From positions 96,001-160,000 of IMG/VR virus record IMGVR_UViG_3300036939_000082: a DNA stretch of 64,000 bases; one strand, given 5' to 3'. Made by a program: the position numbers and the translations under genes. This DNA is from a virus. Shown piece after piece: positions 57,414 to 64,000 of this stretch (the stretch's first letter is position 1; each line of letters starts with the position of its first letter). The notes beneath the pieces were generated by a model. That model ran no database searches and was not told where the DNA came from. It worked only from the letters and a program-made list of their open reading frames with translations.

Positions 57414-58259
57414 ATGGATTTAAGAGAATCGGTAGCAAAAGCCCAATTACAGCTACTCGGAATTCAATCGACGATCGAAGCTGAAGGTTGGGACAAAGAT
57501 CCGGATTGGGTAACGCGAGGTAAAGACGGTAAATTTGGGGCAAAAGATAGTTCCGATGGGGAAGGGTCAAACAAAAATCTACAAAATTTAAAAATAGAAG
57601 ATTTGCAAGCAAGTTATGAGTTATTAACTAAACAGGCAAAAGAAGTGTACGCCAACACAATAAATTCTGAAAGCTCAAAAAAAGTACACAATAAAATTTC
57701 TACTGCAATTGCTAAATTCTTTGATACCAATACTGGTAAAATTTATAAACAAGCAGTAGAAGAGTGCAAAAAAGTAGAACCAAAAAAATATATAGATGTC
57801 GTAAACCAAAAAATAAAACAACATCCCTTAGAAGCGGAGATTGGAGCGGTAATACTTGGAACATTAACCGGACTGTGTTTGGCGGGGACAGCAATATTTG
57901 CCTCGGAAGCACTTGTAGCGGCTGCTGCTTTCAGTATTAACGCAGCAGCAAAACAAGAAACTAAATTGAGCGCGATAGCAGCGGGACAAGCAGTTAGAAA
58001 TAAAGTTGATAACACAATTAAGGCTGGTGTTGCCGGAGTTTTAGTCAACAAGTCACGTCAGAAGTTGGAAGACAAAGCAACAGAGGGATTCAAAAGAAGA
58101 GAACAAACAAACAAGATAGTTGACGAATTAAAATTAAAGTCGGTCTTAGAAAAAAAACAGGCAGAGAAGTTTGCTGAGTTAATATATGACGCTTATGCAG
58201 ATCCTTCGGAAAGAATAAATAACGAGCTACAGTTATTAGACAAGCTATTAAAAAAATAA
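57414..58259 (+). CDS. hypothetical protein with RGKDGKFG motif and a hydrophobic segment
   Basis: WVTRGKDGKFG; AVILGTLTGLCLAGTAIFA. Confidence 0.6.
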   Translation: MDLRESVAKAQLQLLGIQSTIEAEGWDKDPDWVTRGKDGKFGAKDSSDGEGSNKNLQNLKIEDLQASYELLTKQAKEVYANTINSESSKKVHNKISTAIAKFFDTNTGKIYKQAVEECKKVEPKKYIDVVNQKIKQHPLEAEIGAVILGTLTGLCLAGTAIFASEALVAAAAFSINAAAKQETKLSAIAAGQAVRNKVDNTIKAGVAGVLVNKSRQKLEDKATEGFKRREQTNKIVDELKLKSVLEKKQAEKFAELIYDAYADPSERINNELQLLDKLLKK

Positions 58260-58277
58260 AGACAACCATTATTTACG

Positions 58278-58318
58278 AAAATAGGGGCGCATTCAAATAC
58301 TGAATGCGCCCCTATTTT
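58278..58318. terminator. bidirectional terminator
   Basis: aaaataggggcgcattca-aatac-tgaatgcgcccctatttt. Confidence 0.85.
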
Positions 58319-59727
58319 TAGCTTCGGAACGTTACTTGGAGTTCCCCGGTTAAGAAATTAAAGCGTATTGCCTCAATCCTTGCGATCGTGCGAACGATCG
58401 CGCTAGTTATTCTTTTGATATCCTCTTTTGAAAAGGGACATCCTTTCTTTTCTGCCTCAAGCACAGCTTGTGCTTGTTTTACAAGAGTTTCTTCTATTGT
58501 CTGTTTAGCGTTTTCTAACTCTGAACCAGGTGGAATACGAGAGAGTGATTCCTTAACTGCTTCATTTGCAGATTCCAACTGAGCGATCGCATCCTGCCTA
58601 GAGGTTGGTTCGTTCGACTTTGGAATGTCCAGTTTTTCAACAGCTTCGACCGTCATAGTAACTGGTAAACCGTCCACTTCAACAGTGGTGGTTTCAGATG
58701 CCAGAACTACTGGACTTGGCGACACAATTTCTTGTGCCGTAAGTGATTTTGCTGCATCAACTATCGTTGGCAGCAAGCAACGCACTGCCGCTGCTGAGAC
58801 GGCTATGTATTGTAGCCCCACAGGGAGGGCTAGCGTTATCAATTTAGCGGTTCCGATCAGCCTGATAGCTGATTCGACCGCCTCGGCAGCTATCTGAAAC
58901 GATGTACGCGGCGGCACATCGCAGGAAATATCTACTTTAACAGTCAGTGACTGTCCGTTGGGGCTTTTGAGTTGCACCCCTTTGGTTTTGCTGATATTTA
59001 TTTTAAGCGTACCTCCTTTTACAAGGAGGGGACTTAGATCCTTGCGGGCGATCGCAATTTCGATCGCCCCTTCAGGAATTAATCCGGGAAAAAATGCTAA
59101 TTCGTTGCGGTCGATCGCCCATACAGATGCGCGATCGCTCGACTGAACCAGAATTTTTTCTTGCCCTATTTCGACAGAAACAGTTTCTGCCTCAAAGAGG
59201 GCTTCTTTGGGAATAGTGAAAGATATAGATTCCCCATCCTTGAGCGGGTCGTCTATTATAAGGGTTTGCATTGCAATCACTCCGTCCGGCGCGATCGCCG
59301 ATAATGAAAGAACATTTCCAGCAATCTGGATGTGTACCTTGTCAGCGATAGCGCCAAACTTATTAATTGATTTCCACGTCTTCGTGGATAGTTCAACGCG
59401 GGCGATCGGATCGCCTACATTGATACTTGGAATTTCTATTCGATCGGAAACGCAGAAGACTCCTATATCGGTGATTGAAAGTATGTTTTCTTCTCGATCA
59501 AAAGCGAATCTCAATTCTTGTTTTGGATCGAGAATATCGCAATCTTCCTTGTCTGCTTGAGCTTTCCAAGACTCGTCGCCCCCTTCTACTGCAATCTTTA
59601 TTATCGTAGTTACAGAATTAACTTGAGAAAAGATTTTAGCTTTTCCAAATCCGTCGTAGCTAATAACGCTAGAGTTGTCAGCAGAAAGCAGGGTTGAGAA
59701 TTGTTCGATCAACATAGTGAATACCAT
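58318..59727 (-). CDS. divergent DNA polymerase III beta-clamp-like protein with C-terminal helical extension
   Basis: FFPGLIPEGAIEIAIARKDL and SFQIAAEAVESAIRLIG...LITLAL...RCLLPT resemble DnaN domain junctions. Confidence 0.4.
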   Translation of the reverse strand: MVFTMLIEQFSTLLSADNSSVISYDGFGKAKIFSQVNSVTTIIKIAVEGGDESWKAQADKEDCDILDPKQELRFAFDREENILSITDIGVFCVSDRIEIPSINVGDPIARVELSTKTWKSINKFGAIADKVHIQIAGNVLSLSAIAPDGVIAMQTLIIDDPLKDGESISFTIPKEALFEAETVSVEIGQEKILVQSSDRASVWAIDRNELAFFPGLIPEGAIEIAIARKDLSPLLVKGGTLKINISKTKGVQLKSPNGQSLTVKVDISCDVPPRTSFQIAAEAVESAIRLIGTAKLITLALPVGLQYIAVSAAAVRCLLPTIVDAAKSLTAQEIVSPSPVVLASETTTVEVDGLPVTMTVEAVEKLDIPKSNEPTSRQDAIAQLESANEAVKESLSRIPPGSELENAKQTIEETLVKQAQAVLEAEKKGCPFSKEDIKRITSAIVRTIARIEAIRFNFLTGELQVTFRS

Positions 59728-59813
59728 TTTTTTGTTTTTACTCTCGTATTATAGCATATATTATCTATACAAAGTATAATAAAGAAGTAAGCATTCAAAG
59801 CAATTAAAAAACA

Positions 59814-62800
59814 ATGAATAACGAAGCAATTGGACGTGCAAACCTCAAAGCAGTGCAAGTCCTAAAATCTCTGTGCGGAAAACTTCCTTCGCAAGAAGAA
59901 AGACAAATCCTTGCAAGATTTACGGGTTGGGCCGCGATCGCCGATGTTTTCGATACATCCAAAAATGGGTGGCGAAAAGAAGTCCGCGACGAACTCCAAA
60001 CATTGTTGACAGATAAAGAATACGCGGAGGCAGTCGCTTCCACGTTTAACGCCCACTACACATCCTTCCCCGTAGTAAAAGCCATGTGGGACGGATTAGT
60101 TGCGCTCGGATTGAAAGGCAAAATTAACGCCCTTGAGCCGGGGTGCGGTATCGGGCGATTTATTGAATGCGCTCCGCCCGACTTAGATATAGATTGGGTA
60201 GGAATAGAGCGGGACATCATTCCCGCAGCGATCGCCCGAGCAATTCACCCGCAGGCAAAAATCATAAATCAAAAGTTTCAAGATTTTAACTGCGAGGGTT
60301 TGTTCGATCTGGCGATCGGCAACATCCCGTTTGGGGATATTAAAATCGGGAGTCTAAATATTCACAACTTCTTTATCAAGAAGTCAATAGATTTAGTCCG
60401 CCCCGACGGGTTTGTAGTCCTGATCAGCACATCAGGTACTCTAGATGCTCGCGGTAATACTTTCCGCGAACTCCTCAGCAATTCAGTCAGTTTAGTAGGC
60501 GCAATCCGCCTGCCAAACACTGCCTTTTTGGAAGAGAACACGGAAATAACCACCGACATTTTGGTTTTCAAGAAAGAATCTTGTGAAAACAAAAGTTGGA
60601 CGGCATCACCAGAAATTCAGTCGATCGCTTACGGCAAAGGATTTAAAGAAGCGTTTGCACACCTCTTGCCCGAGCGCCTAAAGCCTGAAGACTGGATAAA
60701 AAAAGCTTATGACAACATGAGCGGAATCGGATCGAAACTAGGACATTTAAAACATCTACATCTAAACGGGTACTATCTGTTTAACCCATCAATGATGCTC
60801 GGCGAACTAGCTGAGTGTGAATTGTACGGAGGACGCATAGCACTCAAAGGTGACGGTCGCGACTTGTCACAAGAAATAGTCCGCTGTTTCAAAGAGTTTA
60901 AATCGGGTTACGAACCAGCCAAAACTCAAACAATTGAAATGGCAGACCCGGAAGTCACTTGCATCCCCCACAATCACTTTTTCTGGAAAAATCAGAAACT
61001 ATGGCAAAAAGGGAAATTTAAGGCTTTTGAAGTAGTCAAAGAAGTTGAAAAAATTGACTCGATGCTCAAGCTATGGGGAGATTTGGAAAAACTTTTGAAG
61101 GCTCAACAAGGTCAAGACGAAGATCGATTGATTGAATGTCGTAACGATCTCAATGATTCCTACGAGCGTTGGATCGAAAAATACGGCTATCTCAATAGCC
61201 CCGCGAATATCAAAGTTTGCTGCACCGACCCGCGCTATTACCTGTTAATGGCGCTGGAGGTTCCAGCGAAAATGTGTGGCTACAGCTTCAAAGAGTTGCT
61301 AAAAAGCACGCAGCATTTTAGCAAAGCCGACATCTTTACCAAAAGAACAGCTTCACCTAAAATCACTCCTGAATCCGCAGATTCAATCGAAGACGCGATC
61401 GTTCTGTCCCTAAATCAATTTGGGAAGATCGATACCGACTTTTTAATTAAACTGCGCGGCGAAGGAGTAATCGACGAACTTGAAAAAAGTTCGTCAGCTT
61501 TCTTCGACACCAGTACCTCAACTTGGGTATCTGCTGAGCAATATCTCAGCGGCAACGTTCGAGAAAAACTGGCAATCGCCCAACTTGCTAGCAACAGCAA
61601 AAATATAGAAGCACTGGAGTTAATTCAGCCTCTATATTTCTTGCCAAAAGCCAGCACCGAAACCAGGGCGGAAGTTGCAATCCGCCTTGGAGCGTCCAAG
61701 TGCGAAGCCGATATTTCGATTTACTACCAAGTTCTGTTCGGCTCCACCTGGATTCCAGCCCATTACTACGGGCAATTCGCATCCGATTTGATGGATGCAC
61801 CCGTAGAAATCGCATACATCCCGCACCCGATCGACTGCTATAGGGTCACACCCTATTACACGATCGCCCGAAGTGCCGCAAACAAGCAGCGCTGGGGAAC
61901 GCCAAAAGCCGATTTCCTATCGCTGTTAGAAATGGGATTAACTCAGAAAGACCCCATTATTAAAGACATTGTTGACAAAAAAGCAGTTGTCAACGTACAA
62001 GAAACGGAAAATGCTAGGGCCAAGCTGCAAGAAATCAAACAAAAGTTTGCAGAGTGGCTTTACCTCGATGTTGATCGCGCCGAACATATTACGCAGCTCT
62101 ACAACGAACAGTTTAACTGTTTTGTAGACCGCAAATACCGAGGCGAAGTATTGACATTAGCCGATGCTAATCCAGATTTTATCTGGCGATCTCACCAAAA
62201 AAACGCCATTTGGCGAACGCTCCAAGAAGACGCTGTTCTGTACAGCCATTCTGTGGGAGCAGGCAAAACCGCCGCAATGGTCGCCAGTGCTATGGAATTG
62301 CGCCGACTGGGACTCGCCAACAAACCGATGATCGTAGTGCTTAATTCTACGATTTCAGGAATAGAAGCAGAGTTTCGACGACTGTATCCATTTGCTAAAC
62401 TCAAAGTTTCGACCCAGGAATCGCTGTCACCGGACAACCGCAAACGGTTTTGTACGGAGATAGCGATGGGAGACTGGGATTGCGTTATTATCACGCATAC
62501 CCAGTTCAAGACAGGTATATCTTTGTCGCCAGAATCAACTCTTGTTTTTCTAGAGGAAGAGCTAAAAATAGCCGATCGAGTTTTACTAGAAGCTATAGAA
62601 AATGGCGACAAAAAATCGATCAAACAAATTGCAAAAGCAAAAGAAAGAATCGAATCAAAAATTGCAGCATCCATCGAAGCTGCCAACCAACAAAAAGACG
62701 GGGTAATCTACCTCGAAGAAACCGGGGTTGACGCTTTCTTTATAGATGAAGCTCACGCCTTCAAAAACTTGCCTTATCACACGAGGCAAACAAACGTAGC

Positions 62801-64000
62801 AGGTCTACCAAACACATCTTTCTACAGCCGAAAAAACGGCGGGACACTTACATCTCGCAGTTTCGACTGCTACATGAAAGTTCGGTGGATGCTATCTACA
62901 AAGAAAAAAGTGGTCTTTGCCACGGGAACGCCAGTGTCGAACACGCTGGTCGAGTCTTGGACAATGATGCGCTATCTAGCGCCGTCCATGCTGAAAAAAG
63001 CAGGCATTGAATCCTTCGATTCGTGTTTGTCAACATTTTTCAACCTGACGACGAGCGCCGAACAAACTCCTACCGGGTACAAAACCCGAACTCGGTGCAG
63101 CGGCATCGTGAATTTACAAGTATTCATGTCGCTGTGGCGATCGTTTGTAGACGTACAATCAGCCAAAATGCTGAATTTGCCCGCTCCCGACCACGAAATA
63201 ATCCCAGTTGAATGTCCGGCATCAACCGAGCAGGCAGCCTATATGGACTACCTGATCGAACGGCTGTACAGCATTCAAAAAAGGTTAGTAGCACCTGACG
63301 AGGACAACGCTCTAAAAGTTTACACGGATGCCCGCGCCGCCTTCGGTATTGACATCCGGTTGAGGTGGAAGGATGGCAAAGACTTTATTTACAACAAAAT
63401 CAATACTTGCGCCCTCAACGTCTACCGCATCTGGAAACTGGGAGCCCCAGCAAAAGCAGCACAAGCTATCTTCTGCGACTTCTCAACACCCAAAGACGGC
63501 AAAGTCTTTGAAGCGTACACGTCCTTGCGCGACGTTCTAATCTTGTTGGGCATCCCTGCCAAAGAAATAGCCTTCATCCACGACGCTAAAACCGATAGTA
63601 CTCGCAAAAAAATGATGGCGAAAGTTAATTCCGGCGAAATCCGAGTTATTTTGGGTTCGACTCAAAAACTCGGAACCGGAGTCAACATTCAATCTCGACT
63701 GCTGGCCGTTCACGACATGGATTGTCCCTGGAGGCCTTCAGATATCGAACAGCGATCTGGGCGCATCGTGCGCCAAGGCAACTTGTTCGACAAAGTGTTT
63801 ATTTTCCGCTATGCCACTCAAGGCGTGGAAGGTAAGCCCGGTTTCGATTCCTACATCTGGGGTGTAATCCTTCAGAAACTAGAATCGTTCCAAATCTTGA
63901 TGTCGGGAGAAGCTCCCGGTAACGCCAGCGACGACATTGACCCGTTTGTAGCTTCTGCTGCAACGATGATGGCGATCGCCAGCGGTGACGATCGCATCAA
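59814..64000 (+). CDS. DarB-like N6-methyltransferase/SNF2 helicase fusion, 3' end off window
   Basis: own translation from ATG 59814; motifs checked in frame: FTGW, AHYTS, LEPGCGIG, GNIPF (60321), HSVGAGKT (62247), DEAH (62745), ATGTPVSN, PWRPSDIEQRSGRIVRQGN. Confidence 0.88.
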   Translation, partial: MNNEAIGRANLKAVQVLKSLCGKLPSQEERQILARFTGWAAIADVFDTSKNGWRKEVRDELQTLLTDKEYAEAVASTFNAHYTSFPVVKAMWDGLVALGLKGKINALEPGCGIGRFIECAPPDLDIDWVGIERDIIPAAIARAIHPQAKIINQKFQDFNCEGLFDLAIGNIPFGDIKIGSLNIHNFFIKKSIDLVRPDGFVVLISTSGTLDARGNTFRELLSNSVSLVGAIRLPNTAFLEENTEITTDILVFKKESCENKSWTASPEIQSIAYGKGFKEAFAHLLPERLKPEDWIKKAYDNMSGIGSKLGHLKHLHLNGYYLFNPSMMLGELAECELYGGRIALKGDGRDLSQEIVRCFKEFKSGYEPAKTQTIEMADPEVTCIPHNHFFWKNQKLWQKGKFKAFEVVKEVEKIDSMLKLWGDLEKLLKAQQGQDEDRLIECRNDLNDSYERWIEKYGYLNSPANIKVCCTDPRYYLLMALEVPAKMCGYSFKELLKSTQHFSKADIFTKRTASPKITPESADSIEDAIVLSLNQFGKIDTDFLIKLRGEGVIDELEKSSSAFFDTSTSTWVSAEQYLSGNVREKLAIAQLASNSKNIEALELIQPLYFLPKASTETRAEVAIRLGASKCEADISIYYQVLFGSTWIPAHYYGQFASDLMDAPVEIAYIPHPIDCYRVTPYYTIARSAANKQRWGTPKADFLSLLEMGLTQKDPIIKDIVDKKAVVNVQETENARAKLQEIKQKFAEWLYLDVDRAEHITQLYNEQFNCFVDRKYRGEVLTLADANPDFIWRSHQKNAIWRTLQEDAVLYSHSVGAGKTAAMVASAMELRRLGLANKPMIVVLNSTISGIEAEFRRLYPFAKLKVSTQESLSPDNRKRFCTEIAMGDWDCVIITHTQFKTGISLSPESTLVFLEEELKIADRVLLEAIENGDKKSIKQIAKAKERIESKIAASIEAANQQKDGVIYLEETGVDAFFIDEAHAFKNLPYHTRQTNVAGLPNTSFYSRKNGGTLTSRSFDCYMKVRWMLSTKKKVVFATGTPVSNTLVESWTMMRYLAPSMLKKAGIESFDSCLSTFFNLTTSAEQTPTGYKTRTRCSGIVNLQVFMSLWRSFVDVQSAKMLNLPAPDHEIIPVECPASTEQAAYMDYLIERLYSIQKRLVAPDEDNALKVYTDARAAFGIDIRLRWKDGKDFIYNKINTCALNVYRIWKLGAPAKAAQAIFCDFSTPKDGKVFEAYTSLRDVLILLGIPAKEIAFIHDAKTDSTRKKMMAKVNSGEIRVILGSTQKLGTGVNIQSRLLAVHDMDCPWRPSDIEQRSGRIVRQGNLFDKVFIFRYATQGVEGKPGFDSYIWGVILQKLESFQILMSGEAPGNASDDIDPFVASAATMMAIASGDDRI

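Larger units (their letters stand above)
1..64000. repeat. HIP1 (GCGATCGC) highly iterated palindrome
   Basis: dozens of copies in coding and non-coding DNA, often as GGGCGATCG; characteristic of cyanobacteria. Confidence 0.9.

Noticed and set aside
1-64000. CRISPR array or tRNA genes
   Set aside because: No regularly spaced repeat-spacer series and no cloverleaf with a T-loop seen; recurrent short repeats are HIP1.

Overview
64 kb of a large, cyanobacterial-type phage or phage-plasmid region. The HIP1 octamer GCGATCGC occurs throughout, often as GGGCGATCG/CGATCGCCC. Tail and baseplate genes are scattered among accessory genes: a T4 gp26/gp51-like hub chaperone, a 1470-aa gp5/VgrG-like spike, a fibre cluster with Mtd-N and S74 chaperone domains, a GH19+M23 two-enzyme lysin, and a ~6300-aa tape measure protein. 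Replication and maintenance genes include a wHTH initiator, a ParB-like protein, a divergent beta-clamp-like protein, ThyA and an orphan HigA-like antitoxin. Other genes: a DarB-like methylase-helicase (runs off the right end), two antirepressor-type genes, a tnpB-only IS200/IS605 element with two orphan right-end remnants, and a GAF-PAS histidine kinase with two receiver proteins next to the lysin. Top leads: (1) the giant TMP, implying a tail approaching 1 micrometre; (2) a self-contained pair of putative anti-defence nucleotide sponges (Acb2/Tad1-like and Acb4-like); (3) the Cph1/Rcp1-like module ending in a receiver-coiled coil-TM protein; (4) two families of terminator-like 5' leaders shared by dispersed structural genes; (5) a promoter-palindrome cassette array; (6) a candidate antisense sRNA for the antirepressor. 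All family calls come from motifs read by eye; no database search was run. No capsid, terminase, sheath, integrase, RT, tRNA or CRISPR array was seen.
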